The notes under the pieces are model-generated. The model was not told the DNA's origin. It saw only the letters and a program-made list of their open reading frames with translations, and did no database searches. A stretch of 64,000 bases of DNA from contig CAWFCQ010000007.1 in NCBI GenBank assembly GCA_963814375.1, forward strand, positions 256,001 through 320,000. The letters run 5' to 3'. The translations under genes and the position numbers were made by a program. Source of the DNA: an uncultured Chloroflexia bacterium (GTDB taxonomy: Bacteria > Chloroflexota > Limnocylindria > QHBO01). This document shows positions 19,259 to 29,057 of this stretch, piece by piece. Position 1 is the first letter of the stretch; the number at the start of each line of letters is the position of its first letter.

Positions 19259-20665
19259 CCGACGGCGCCTTCCATCTGGAGCTGGATGAGGCGGTTCATC
19301 TCGACCGCGTACTCCATCGGCAGCTCCTTCACGATCGGCTCGATGAAGCCGTTCACGATCATCGCCGCTCGCCTCCGCCTCGGACAGGCCGCGGCTCATG
19401 AGGTAGAAGAGCTGCTCCGAGCCGACCTTGCTGACGGTCGCCTCGTGGCCGATGGTGACATCCTCCTCGTCGATCTCCATGTACGGGTACGTGTCGGACC
19501 GCGCCTCCTCGTCGAGGATGAGGGCGTCGCAGCGCACGGTCGACTTCGACTTCTCGCAGCCGGGGTAGACCTTGATCAGGCCACGGTACGAGGTGCGGCC
19601 GGTCCCCTTGCTGATCGACTTGGACGTGATGAGCGAGGTCGTGTTCGGAGCGGCGTGGATGATCTTCCCGCCTGCGTCCTGGTGCTGCTCGTCACCCGCG
19701 AAGGCGATGCTCAGCACCTCCCCGTGGGCGCGCTCGCCGACCAGGTAGATGGACGGATACTTCATCGTCACCTTGGAACCGAGGTTGCCGTCGACCCACT
19801 CCATCACCGCATCCTCGTGCGCGACAGCGCGCTTGGTGACGAGGTTGTAGACGTTGTGGCTCCAGTTCTGGATGGTCGTGTAGCGCACCCGGGCGCCCTT
19901 CTTGACGACGATCTCCACCACGGCGCTGTGGAGTGACGCAGTCGAGTAGGTCGGCGCGGTGCACCCTTCGACGTAGTGAACCGACGAGCCCTCGTCGGCG
20001 ATGATGAGCGTCCGCTCGAACTGGCCCATGTTCTCGGTGTTGATCCGGAAGTAGGCCTGCAGCGGCAGCTCGACATGGACGCCCTTCGGCACGTAGATGA
20101 AGCTTCCGCCGCTCCAGACGGCCGTGTTGAGCGCCGCGAGCTTGTTGTCGTTGGCGGGGATGACCGTGCCGAAATGCTCGCGGAACAGCTCGGGGTGAGT
20201 CTTGAGTGCCTCATCGGTCCCGAGGAAGATCACGCCCTGCTTCTCGAGATCCTCGCGGATGTTGTGGTACACGACTTCGGAGTCGTATTGGCCACCGACG
20301 CCGGCGAGGTACTTCTTCTCCGCCTCGGGGATGCCGAGCTTGTCGTACGTGCGACGGATGTAGTCGGGCACATCGTCCCAGGACTGCATGGCCTTGTCGG
20401 TCCCGGTGACGTAGTAGTAGATGTCCTGGAAGTCGATCCCGTCCAGGTCCGCGCCCCACTTCGGCATCGGGCGCGCCTCGAAGTGCCGAAATGCCTTGAG
20501 GCGCATCTTTGTCATCCACTCCGGCTCGCCCTTGATGCGGCTGATCTCGGCGACGATCTCGGAGTTGATGCCCTTCGGAAACGTGGTCCGGGGCTGCTCG
20601 GGATCGTTCCAGCCATACCGGTAGCCGCCGGGAACCTGGGTCAGGGCGGGGTTGGGGAGGGCCAT
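19255..20665 (-). CDS. sufB: Fe-S cluster assembly protein SufB (apparent +1 frameshift near 19366)
   Basis: [38 protein letters not shown]; the canonical end [35 protein letters not shown] lies in a shifted frame. Confidence 0.92.
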
Positions 20666-20693
20666 TGTTCCTCGATTCTTGCTCGCGTCGGTG

Positions 20694-20718
20694 AATCCCG
20701 ACTGGATTGGTCGGGAAT
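20694..20718. promoter_or_regulatory. Rrf2/IscR-type operator palindrome upstream of sufB
   Basis: AATCCCGAC-tggattg-GTCGGGAAT 25-bp inverted repeat between the promoter and sufB; resembles IscR type-1/CymR boxes. Confidence 0.7.
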
Positions 20719-20725
20719 CGCGCTC

Positions 20726-20754
20726 ATTGTCGCGCCTAGTAGCGGGGTGGTCAA
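20726..20754 (-). promoter_or_regulatory. Housekeeping-sigma promoter of the suf operon
   Basis: TTGACC-17 nt-GACAAT on the minus strand. Confidence 0.65.
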
Positions 20755-20784
20755 ACTCTCCGACGGCGGGTGTAGAGTCGCGAG

Positions 20785-21357
20785 GTGACCGTCGCGGGCG
20801 CAACGGCGCCTCATCCGGTGCCCGATCGAGGTCGCCTCGCGTGGGCGCTGGCGCTCGGCGCGCTCGTTGCGCTGTCGCTGGGGGTCTATGGAGCGGTTCA
20901 CGATCCGACCGGGCGCAGCCTCGTCACGCTCTTCTTCACGGCCACCATCAACGCCAAGGTGTGGCTGGCCACGTTCGCGGCCGTGCTCGCTTTGGTCCAG
21001 GTCCTGTCGGCGGCGCGCCTCTACGGCAAGCTCGGGCGCGGGAGCGCGCCGCGCTGGCTGGGCCGGCTGCACCGGGCAACCGGGGCGCTCGCGTTTCTGC
21101 TCACCATCCCGGTGGCGTACCACTGCCTCTGGGCTCTCGGGTTCGAGGCGGCCGTGGATCTTCGGGCAGTGGCGCACGGGCTCCTGGGCTGCCTCTTCTT
21201 CGGAGCGCTGGCGGCCAAGGTGCTGCTCGTGCGCTCGCCGGGCCTGCCCGGTTGGGCGCTCCCGATGGCGGGCGGCCTGGTGTTCACCAGCCTCATCGGC
21301 GTGTGGCTGACGAGCTCGTTCTGGTTCTTCACCAGCGTTTCCTTCCCGGGAGTCTGA
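20785..21357 (+). CDS. Membrane protein, DUF6529-like (His-containing TMs, possibly heme-binding)
   Basis: AKVWLAT, LHRATG, PVAYHCL, AHGLLGC..GALAAKV. Confidence 0.65.
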   Translation: MTVAGATAPHPVPDRGRLAWALALGALVALSLGVYGAVHDPTGRSLVTLFFTATINAKVWLATFAAVLALVQVLSAARLYGKLGRGSAPRWLGRLHRATGALAFLLTIPVAYHCLWALGFEAAVDLRAVAHGLLGCLFFGALAAKVLLVRSPGLPGWALPMAGGLVFTSLIGVWLTSSFWFFTSVSFPGV

Positions 21358-21363
21358 GGCGAC

Positions 21364-21483
21364 ATGTCACGCAGGACCTACAACCGGATCATCGGCATCG
21401 TCCTGGCGGCGGGCGCAGCGCTGTTCGTTCTCCTTCTGGCTGGCGTCGGGTCGAGCCTGATCAGCCGGCCGCCGACGCCATGA
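21364..21483 (+). CDS. 39-aa single-TM small protein (not in the ORF track)
   Basis: GAGG RBS then MSRRTYNRIIGIVLAAGAALFVLLLAGVGSSLISRPPTP*. Confidence 0.5.
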   Translation: MSRRTYNRIIGIVLAAGAALFVLLLAGVGSSLISRPPTP

Positions 21484-22654
21484 GGCCATCCAGGCGATCG
21501 AGCTCGGCGGCGCGCGGCCGCCGCTCGACGAAGTCACGCGCCTCCTCGACGCGGATGGCCGCGTTGACGATCGCCACCTGCGCGATGCGTCCTTCGACGA
21601 AGTAGGCAACCGCGAACCGATCGGCCGCGGGATCGCCGAGGATGCGCGTCTCGTCCCACGCCGGAGCCAGCCCGACCACGTCGATCTGTCGCCCCGCCAC
21701 CTCGCTGAAGACCCACGGCGCCCGCACCGGCACCGGCGGCTCGCCGAGCATTGCCCGGGCGGCACGCTCCCCCGCCTCGCGCGCCGCGTGCCAGTGCTCG
21801 ACCCGCTGCTCGCCGAGGCGCGCCACGTCGCCGGCGGCCCATACCGAGCCATGGGTGCTGCGCTGCGCCGCGTCGACCACGATGCCATCGTCGACCCTGA
21901 GGCCCGCGGCCTCCGCGACCGAGGTCCGGGGCACGACACCGATCCCGGCGAGGCAGAAGGCATGCTCGAGCCCTTCATCGCCGATCCACGCTCGGTCCGC
22001 CCCGAGCCGGGTGACGGCGACGCCGGTGCGGATCCTGACGCCCGCGTCGACCAGCCGCTCACGCGCCCACGTGTCGAGATCGTCGCCGAGCGATCCGCCC
22101 CAGAGGCGGTCGGTCATCTCGATGACCGTCGGGCGCAGACCGAGGGCCGCCAGGCCGGAGGCGACCTCGACGCCGATGAAGCCGCCCCCGACGATCGTCA
22201 CCGGCGCGTCGCGGCCGGCGGCGATGGCCATCGCGCGGAGACGTCGGGCCTCGGGCAGGGTGCGCAGCAGAAGCGCGTGCTCCCCACCGGGCATCCGAAG
22301 GGCCCGCGGCTCGGCCCCGGTCGCGAGCAGGCAGCGCTCGAAGGCGACGCGAGTGCCATCGACGAGCAGTGCCGAGCCACCGCTAGGATCCAGCTCGAGG
22401 ACCTCGGTTCCGAGCCGGAGCTCGACCGCGCGCCGCTCGTACCACGAGGCGGGCTCCGCCATCACCAGGTCGTCGGGGAGCTCGTCGCGAAGCAGCTCCT
22501 TGCTCAGCGGCGGCCGGTTGTAGGGCAGAGTCGGCTCCGACGAGACGATGAGGATCCGACCGTTGTATCCCAGCTTGCGGAGCGTGCGCGCGCAACGAAC
22601 CGACGCCACGCCGCCGCCGACGAGGAGGGTGCCGACACGCTCGACCCTGTCCAC
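21461..22654 (-). CDS. FAD-dependent NAD(P)H oxidoreductase (ferredoxin reductase-like)
   Basis: GGGVAS, PYNRPPLSK, LATGA, GGGFIGVE, WAAGD, RVEHW. Confidence 0.88.
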   Translation of the reverse strand: MDRVERVGTLLVGGGVASVRCARTLRKLGYNGRILIVSSEPTLPYNRPPLSKELLRDELPDDLVMAEPASWYERRAVELRLGTEVLELDPSGGSALLVDGTRVAFERCLLATGAEPRALRMPGGEHALLLRTLPEARRLRAMAIAAGRDAPVTIVGGGFIGVEVASGLAALGLRPTVIEMTDRLWGGSLGDDLDTWARERLVDAGVRIRTGVAVTRLGADRAWIGDEGLEHAFCLAGIGVVPRTSVAEAAGLRVDDGIVVDAAQRSTHGSVWAAGDVARLGEQRVEHWHAAREAGERAARAMLGEPPVPVRAPWVFSEVAGRQIDVVGLAPAWDETRILGDPAADRFAVAYFVEGRIAQVAIVNAAIRVEEARDFVERRPRAAELDRLDGLMASAAG

Positions 22655-22689
22655 GCGAGCATGCTACCGGCGCCGGTAGACTCCGCTCG

Positions 22690-23637
22690 ATGTCGCCACC
22701 CGTCGACGCCGGGGAACCGCAGCCCAACGCGACGCGTGGGCTCGTCCTGCGTGCCCGGTCCGGCTTCTACACGATCGCCACGACGGAAGGTGACCTCGTG
22801 GAGGCACGGATACGGGGCCGCGTGAAGCGCGAGCGACAGACCTCGGACCTCGCCGTCATCGGCGATCGCGTCCTCCTCGAGCGGCTCCCCGACGGGACCG
22901 GGGCCATCTCCGAGGTCGAGCCGCGGCGTCGGCGCTTCAGCCGACGCCAGCCCGGACCTCGAGGCGCCTGGCGGGAGGACATCCTCGTCGCCAATCCCGA
23001 TCTCGTGGCCGTCGTCTTCTCATGTGATCGGCCACCGCCCAACCCTCGGCTCGTCGACCGCTTCCTCGTCAACGCCGAGTACAACGAGGTCCCGGCGCTG
23101 CTGGTCGCCAACAAGGTCGACCTCGTCGGCGCGGAGGCGGCGCGCAGCCAGTTCGGGACCTACGAGGCCATCGGATACGACGTCGTGTACGCCAGCGCGA
23201 AGGCAGCCATCGGTCTCGATCAGCTGCGAGAGCGGCTCGCTGGCAGGCTCTCCATCGTCGCCGGACCGTCGGGGGTGGGAAAGTCGACGCTGCTCAACGC
23301 GATCCAGCCGGGACTCCAGATCACGACCGCCGAGGTCTCGGAGGCGCTGCACAAGGGACGCCACACGACGACGCTGGCCGAGCTTCACCCACTCGACGGC
23401 CCCGATGGCGGCTACGTGGCGGACACGCCGGGCATCCGTGAGCTCGGGCTGTGGGAGATCCCATCCACCGAGCTGGCGTCGTGCTTCCCCGAGTTCCGCG
23501 ACCACCTCGGTGCGTGCGCCTTCAACGATTGCTCGCACCTGCACGAGCCGCGCTGCGGGCTCCGAGCGGCGGTCGCGGCCGGGCTCGTCAGCGAGGACCG
23601 CTACGACTCGTACCGGCGGATGCTCGCCGGCGGGTGA
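22690..23637 (+). CDS. rsgA: Ribosome small subunit-dependent GTPase A
   Basis: NKVD, GPSGVGKST, GRHTTT, DTPG, CAFNDCSHLHEPRC zinc finger. Confidence 0.95.
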   Translation: MSPPVDAGEPQPNATRGLVLRARSGFYTIATTEGDLVEARIRGRVKRERQTSDLAVIGDRVLLERLPDGTGAISEVEPRRRRFSRRQPGPRGAWREDILVANPDLVAVVFSCDRPPPNPRLVDRFLVNAEYNEVPALLVANKVDLVGAEAARSQFGTYEAIGYDVVYASAKAAIGLDQLRERLAGRLSIVAGPSGVGKSTLLNAIQPGLQITTAEVSEALHKGRHTTTLAELHPLDGPDGGYVADTPGIRELGLWEIPSTELASCFPEFRDHLGACAFNDCSHLHEPRCGLRAAVAAGLVSEDRYDSYRRMLAGG

Positions 23638-23656
23638 CCTCTACAATCCGCCCACC

Positions 23657-24343
23657 ATGGAGATCGCGCCGGCCGTTCACCAGGTGCGGATGCTCGGTGC
23701 CGACGCCTTCCTCATCGCCGAGGAGCGTCTGACGCTGATCGATGCCGGCATGGTCGGCTCGCGGCTGATGCTCGAGCGCTACCTGCGCCGCATCGGCCGT
23801 CGGATGGACGAGCTGGAGCGGATCATCTGCACGCACGGCCACCCCGATCACATCGGCGGGCTGCGCGAGCTCGTCCGCGACCGCGGCGACGTGGCGGTCC
23901 TCATCCATCCCGACGACCTCGCCGGGCTGAGGCTTCCGCTCCGGGACGCCCTCGCGCGCACCGATGATCGTGCGGTACGACGGGGGCGGCTCATCCAGTA
24001 CCTGACCCGCGCTCCGTCCGATCCAACACCCATCGTCGACGGCGAGCTGATCCCGGTGCTCGGAGGGCTGCGCGTGGTCCACACGCCCGGCCACACGCCG
24101 GGAAGCGTCTGCCTCTACGCCGAGCAATCGCGCATCCTCTTCACCGGTGACGTGCTCCAGGTCGAGCGCGGCCACCTCGCCTTCGCCAGCGCCTTCTTCA
24201 GCCACGACCATGCCGGCGCGCGCGCGTCGGTCGAGCGCCTCGCCATGCTGGACGTCGAGAAGATCGCGTTCTCCCACTACCCGCCGTGGACCGTGGACGC
24301 GACAGCCGCGCTGCGCGACCTGGCGGCGGCCGCCGCATCGTGA
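23657..24343 (+). CDS. MBL-fold metallo-hydrolase
   Basis: THGHPDHIGG, HTPGHTPGS, FTGD. Confidence 0.88.
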   Translation: MEIAPAVHQVRMLGADAFLIAEERLTLIDAGMVGSRLMLERYLRRIGRRMDELERIICTHGHPDHIGGLRELVRDRGDVAVLIHPDDLAGLRLPLRDALARTDDRAVRRGRLIQYLTRAPSDPTPIVDGELIPVLGGLRVVHTPGHTPGSVCLYAEQSRILFTGDVLQVERGHLAFASAFFSHDHAGARASVERLAMLDVEKIAFSHYPPWTVDATAALRDLAAAAAS

Positions 24344-24371
24344 CCGCTGGTCGACGCGGCCGCGCTCTGAC

Positions 24372-25766
24372 TCACCGCGTCGCGATGATGGCGTAGGTCA
24401 CCGCGAAGGTCGCCTCCGCGAAGAGCGCGACGCGATCAAGGTCGACGTTGCCGATGTCATCGCAGGCGAGGTGATAGCACGCGTCCGGCGCCGGCCCGCC
24501 CCCACCGGCTCCGGGCTGGGCAGCCGAGCCGGTCTCGCTGGCGCCGGCGAAGAGGCCGCCGGTCGGGATGCCGGCGGCGGCAAAGCCGAAGTGATCCGAC
24601 GACCCGCCGAGGTCGACCGACTCGAACTCCTCCCCGCGCTCGGTGAGCCAAGCCTCGTAGCTCGAGGTGATCGCTGCCGAGCCCTCGGGCGCGCTCGGCT
24701 CGTCGTACACGAGGGTCGCCCCGTCGAGCGATCCTGCCATGTCGATGTTGAGGTAGGCGGCGGGGTCGTCCTCCAGCGACTCGACGTAGGCGCGCGATCC
24801 GATCGTGCCGAGCTCCTCGGCTCCCCACAGTCCGATGCGGACCGCCGAACCGTCCGGGACGCCGCCCTCGGAGAGGCCGCGCGCGATCTCGAGCATCGCC
24901 GCGACGCCGCTGCCGTTGTCATTCAACCCGGGCCCATCCAGCACCGAGTCGAGATGGGCGCCGAGCATGACCACATCCTCGCCGTCTCCCAGCTGGGCCA
25001 CGACGTTGCGAAGCGTCGCCGGCGCACGCTCGGTCTCGATGACCAGTCGGACCGGCTCGTCACCCATGGCCCCCAGCGCCTCCACCGCCTCGCCGGTGAC
25101 GCTGACGACCGGGAGCTCGATGCCTTCCGGCTCGATGAGCGTGGGGCGGAAGATCTCCCCGGGTCCGCGGTCCGGATAGCCGACGAGCAGCGCCGCGGCG
25201 CCGGCCTGTGCTGCGTTGAGGGCCTGCTGACGCCTGAAGCAGCCACCCTGGACCGTGAGCGCGATCTCGCCATCCTCGACCGCCGAGAAGTGCTCGGGCT
25301 CGCACCCGCTCTCGTCGAGCAATCGGACCCGTCCGGTGACGTCGCCGCCAGGCGAGTAGATGAGGGCGTGCAGCTCGTCCGGTGCGAGGAAGGCGCGCTC
25401 GCCGACCTCGAGCCGGCCGCCGGGGAGCTCACGGAACCCGGTAAACGACACCTCGGGGGTTGACACCTCGAAGCCGAGATCGCGCAGCGCATCGGCCGCG
25501 TAGTCCACCGATGCCTCATACCCGGCGGTCCCGGCGAATCGGATCCCCTCGTTAGCGTCCGCGATGGCCTGGAGCGCCTCGAGGTGCTCACGGAGCCGGT
25601 CGACGTCGGCGACGAAAGACGGAGACGCGGGAAGGCTCGCATCGACGTTGCTGGCAGCTGGTGCGTCCGGGCTCGCGGGTGAGGTCGAGGGTGCCTGGAT
25701 CCCGCAGGCGGCGAGGAGCAGCGCGAAGAGCGCCGGGGCGACGCGCCGTGATCGGTTCATCTGCAC
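24372..25766 (-). CDS. M28 family aminopeptidase lipoprotein with PA domain
   Basis: LLAAC lipobox, GAHLDSV..GPGLNDNGSG, WGAEELG, YLNIDM, SSDH, CYH..CD. Confidence 0.9.
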   Translation of the reverse strand: MQMNRSRRVAPALFALLLAACGIQAPSTSPASPDAPAASNVDASLPASPSFVADVDRLREHLEALQAIADANEGIRFAGTAGYEASVDYAADALRDLGFEVSTPEVSFTGFRELPGGRLEVGERAFLAPDELHALIYSPGGDVTGRVRLLDESGCEPEHFSAVEDGEIALTVQGGCFRRQQALNAAQAGAAALLVGYPDRGPGEIFRPTLIEPEGIELPVVSVTGEAVEALGAMGDEPVRLVIETERAPATLRNVVAQLGDGEDVVMLGAHLDSVLDGPGLNDNGSGVAAMLEIARGLSEGGVPDGSAVRIGLWGAEELGTIGSRAYVESLEDDPAAYLNIDMAGSLDGATLVYDEPSAPEGSAAITSSYEAWLTERGEEFESVDLGGSSDHFGFAAAGIPTGGLFAGASETGSAAQPGAGGGGPAPDACYHLACDDIGNVDLDRVALFAEATFAVTYAIIATR

Positions 25767-25794
25767 ACCGATACCCCGCCGAGCGGCGGACGGT

Positions 25795-27420
25795 TCATGT
25801 CCGGGACAGCGCTCCGCGGTACAGGTCGAGCAGCCGCGTGCTCAGTCCAGGCCCCGACGAGACCAGCTCACGGAACTCGTCGGCCTCGAGGGCCAGGAGG
25901 CGCGTCTCGCCGACGGCGGTCACCGATGCGGTGCGAGGCGAGTGACGGAGCAGCCCGATCTCACCGAAGAGGTCACCAGGGCCGAGATCGCGCAGGTGAA
26001 GGCCGGCCGGCCCCTGCGTGACCCGGACCGTCCCCTCCTCGATGAGATAGAACCGATCCGACGCGTCCCCCTCGCGCACCACGACCGTGCCGGCAACGGC
26101 CTCCATCGGCCGCAGCTGGCGAGCGGCCGTCTCGAGCCGGGCAGCGGGCAGCCCGGCGAAGATGGGGTGCTCGAGGAGGCGGGCACGCGCCGGATCGAGG
26201 GGCTCCGGCTCACCGCGGCCACCGGACAGGGCGAGCGCCGCGAGAACGCCACCCACCGAGACGACCGCGCAGCCGATCAGCACCTGGGCCACGCCGATCG
26301 CGCCGGCGAGCACCGGGACGATCAACGAGCCGAGGCTGTAGAGGATGGCGGAGGTGGTCTGCAGAACACCCATCGCGCGGCCGCGAAGGGCGTCGGGCAC
26401 GATCCGCTGGATGAGCGTGGTGTTGACCACGTCGAGCAGGAGGAGACCGGCAACCGCGATCGCCATCGCCACCATCGCCGCCGGCAGATTTCCGGCGAAC
26501 GCCAGCCAGGCGAGCCCGATGCCTCCCACGATCCCGCCGATGAGCAGCGGCACGCTGAGGCGGCGGGCCAGCAGCGCCCCGCCGGCGATGCCCGCCACCA
26601 CACCCCCGACGCCCGTCGCCGCGTTGAGGTACCCAGTGCCGGCCTCCCCCGCATCCAGGACGTCGAGGGCGATCACGACCGTCAGCACGCCCAGCCCGCC
26701 GCCCACCAGGCTGGTCGCCGAGTCGAGGACGAACGGGCCCGACAGCGGACCGACCAGCGATCGCCAACCGGGCGGCGCGGGAGCTTCGACAGCGTCGCCG
26801 GCCAATTCCTCGCCTGGCGCTGTCGAGGACGACGGGACCTTCAGTCGCCAGAGCACCACGGCGACGACACCGAACGACACGGCGTTGAGCAGGAATGCCC
26901 CGGCGAGATAGCCGGTGGCGAGGAGGATGCCGGCCAAAGCGGGACCGACGATGAAGGCGACGTTGTCGAGCGTGGCCCATGCGCTGTTGGCCGGCCCGAG
27001 GTCGCGCTCGTCGACCAGCATCGGCAGCAACGAGGCGATCGCCGGCCCGAAGAAGGTCGAGAAGCAGGCGGCCAGGATCGAGAGCGCCACGATCACGATG
27101 GTCGGCGCGCCCGCGACGACCGCCGCGGCCAGGGCGAGCATGATCACGCCACGCGCGACATCGGTGACGAGAAGGACCATGCGACGGTCGTATCGGTCAG
27201 CGACGATCCCCGCCGGCACGGACAGCAGGACGTACGGGAGGATGCGGGCGGCACCCACGATCCCGAGCAGGACCGGTGAGCTGCTCTCGGCGTAGACGAC
27301 CACGAGGACGGCGACGAGGTAGAGCCAATCGCCGATGCCGGAGATGAACTCGCCGATCAGCAGGCGCGCCAGCGCGCCGTTGCGGCGGAAGAGGTCGATG
27401 TAGGTCCCGAAGAGGCTCAC
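25795..27420 (-). CDS. MFS transporter fused to a C-terminal cNMP-binding domain
   Basis: GIVADRYDRR motif A, about 12 TMs, then GDLFGEIGLL..SPRTASV cNMP phosphate-binding cassette; GTG start overlaps the S8 stop. Confidence 0.88.
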   Translation of the reverse strand: MSLFGTYIDLFRRNGALARLLIGEFISGIGDWLYLVAVLVVVYAESSSPVLLGIVGAARILPYVLLSVPAGIVADRYDRRMVLLVTDVARGVIMLALAAAVVAGAPTIVIVALSILAACFSTFFGPAIASLLPMLVDERDLGPANSAWATLDNVAFIVGPALAGILLATGYLAGAFLLNAVSFGVVAVVLWRLKVPSSSTAPGEELAGDAVEAPAPPGWRSLVGPLSGPFVLDSATSLVGGGLGVLTVVIALDVLDAGEAGTGYLNAATGVGGVVAGIAGGALLARRLSVPLLIGGIVGGIGLAWLAFAGNLPAAMVAMAIAVAGLLLLDVVNTTLIQRIVPDALRGRAMGVLQTTSAILYSLGSLIVPVLAGAIGVAQVLIGCAVVSVGGVLAALALSGGRGEPEPLDPARARLLEHPIFAGLPAARLETAARQLRPMEAVAGTVVVREGDASDRFYLIEEGTVRVTQGPAGLHLRDLGPGDLFGEIGLLRHSPRTASVTAVGETRLLALEADEFRELVSSGPGLSTRLLDLYRGALSRT

Positions 27421-28265
27421 TCCGCCGAGCCGGCCCGGTGGCGCCACGGATGTCGGCGGCCCGGATTGTCGGCCACGCTGGTCAGCACCGCCTTGACCTC
27501 GAACGGGCTGAGGCCGGGATGCTTCGAGAGGATCAGGGCCACCAGGCCCGCGATGTGCGGCGCCGCGAAGCTATTGCCCGTGGCCACCGTCGAGCCGCCA
27601 TCCTTCCAGGCGATCGGGACGTCCACCCCCCAGGCGCCGAACTCGACCGGAGGGGACGGGTTGTAGTAGATCCGCCACGGATCGGGCTCGGGATGGGCGG
27701 CAACCGAGAAGACCGATGAGAAGAGCGATGGATAGCTCGGCGCCGGCACGTTGTTCGCGGCGCTGACCAGGGCCATCGACTGGAAGTAGGCGCGATCGGC
27801 CAGATCGTGGAAGACCGGATACAGCGACTCGCTCTTCGAGGAGAGACTTAGGTTGCAGACCTCGAGCCCCTGCTCGATCGCCCACTCCAGCCCCGCCGCG
27901 AAGGCCGTCCCCTTGCCGCGCAGGTCGGCGCCGAGGACGCGGATCGAGACCAGCTCGACCTCCGGCGCCATCGACAGGATGATGCCGCCGCACGCCGTGC
28001 CGTGGCCGAACATGTCGACGCCCTCGTCGGGAACGACGACGGGCCCATCGTCGGTCATCTCGACGGTGACGTTCTGGACGACGCGGCCGGCGAGACGTGG
28101 GTGGTCGTTCTCGAGCCCCGAGTCGATGATCCCGACCCGCACCCCGGCCCCCGTCGCGCCGCCCCAGGCCCAGTCGCGCGTGAGGCCGCGCAGGCGAAGC
28201 CGCCGACGCAGCTCGCGACGGGGATTGGCGAACGGCTCAGACCATGCCGGCAGCTCCGGCGTCAT
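27417..28265 (-). CDS. Cytoplasmic S8 family serine peptidase (no signal peptide, minimal catalytic domain)
   Basis: IIDSG, HGTACGG, SAANN and GNSFAAPH catalytic motifs. Confidence 0.9.
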   Translation of the reverse strand: MTPELPAWSEPFANPRRELRRRLRLRGLTRDWAWGGATGAGVRVGIIDSGLENDHPRLAGRVVQNVTVEMTDDGPVVVPDEGVDMFGHGTACGGIILSMAPEVELVSIRVLGADLRGKGTAFAAGLEWAIEQGLEVCNLSLSSKSESLYPVFHDLADRAYFQSMALVSAANNVPAPSYPSLFSSVFSVAAHPEPDPWRIYYNPSPPVEFGAWGVDVPIAWKDGGSTVATGNSFAAPHIAGLVALILSKHPGLSPFEVKAVLTSVADNPGRRHPWRHRAGSAE

Positions 28266-29041
28266 CGGCGCATGGAGCTGCGCTGGCCACGCTCAGCATG
28301 ACCGGCGACGACCTCGAGAATATCGGCCACCAGGTCGAGCTCCCGGTCGCTGAGCCCGCGGAGCCGCGCGACCTGGTCGACGAGCCGCCAGAAGGGCGCA
28401 TCCTCGTCAGCGTCGAGGCCCGCCGTCGCCGTCGAGACCGCCGCCTCGACCTCGGCATCGGTCAGCTCGCCGCCGAGCTCGCGAAGCACGGTGCCGATCA
28501 GCCGCGTCGTGTCGCGTTGCACCTTGGCCGCCCCGATGGCAACCGTTGCCTGGCCGGCGAAGACGCCGAGCAGCTCCATGTCTCGCAGCGAGAAGGTGGC
28601 CGATGAATGCTTGTCGAGGACCTGGAGGACGCCGACCACGGCGTCCTCGCCGGTCAGTGGCGCAGCGGCGATCGAGCGCGGGACATAGCCCGTCTGCTCG
28701 GCGGCGTCGCGATTGAAACGTGGATCGCTGGCGACGTCCGAGAGGGCGAGTGCCTGACCGGTGGAATACACGAAGCCAACGATGCCCTGCGTGGGCGGCA
28801 CAGAGAGGCCGATCGCGCCCGCGCCCTTCTCACCGGCGGCGACGCGAAAAACGAGCCGGTCCGGATCCGGCTCGAAAAGAGCGATGGAGGCGGCCTCGGC
28901 ATCGAAGAGGCGCACCGTGGCGTCGACGATGCTCTGGAGAAGCCTCGTCTCGATGTCGCCCTGGAGCCGCCGACCGACGGCGGAACGCCGCGACGCCGCA
29001 ACGAGTGCGGCGATCGCGGCATCCACCGGAGGGTCTGCCAC
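28262..29041 (-). CDS. Stand-alone GAF domain protein
   Basis: AEAASIAL, GIVGFV..TGQ, DPRFN, RSIAAAPL, GVLQVLDK, FSLRDMELL. Confidence 0.88.
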   Translation of the reverse strand: MADPPVDAAIAALVAASRRSAVGRRLQGDIETRLLQSIVDATVRLFDAEAASIALFEPDPDRLVFRVAAGEKGAGAIGLSVPPTQGIVGFVYSTGQALALSDVASDPRFNRDAAEQTGYVPRSIAAAPLTGEDAVVGVLQVLDKHSSATFSLRDMELLGVFAGQATVAIGAAKVQRDTTRLIGTVLRELGGELTDAEVEAAVSTATAGLDADEDAPFWRLVDQVARLRGLSDRELDLVADILEVVAGHAERGQRSSMRR

Positions 29042-29057
29042 CGGCGTGGCTACCGGT

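Noticed and set aside
18014-20803. 929-aa natural SufB-SufD fusion as given in the ORF track
   Set aside because: Explained by one extra base; the native SufB C-terminus, stop and overlapping TTG start of sufD are intact.
25564-27279. Long alternative-frame/antisense ORFs (also 47434-49350, 53315-55165, 60812-62869 and others)
   Set aside because: Arg/Gly/Pro-rich shadows expected in very high-GC DNA, lying opposite well-supported genes.
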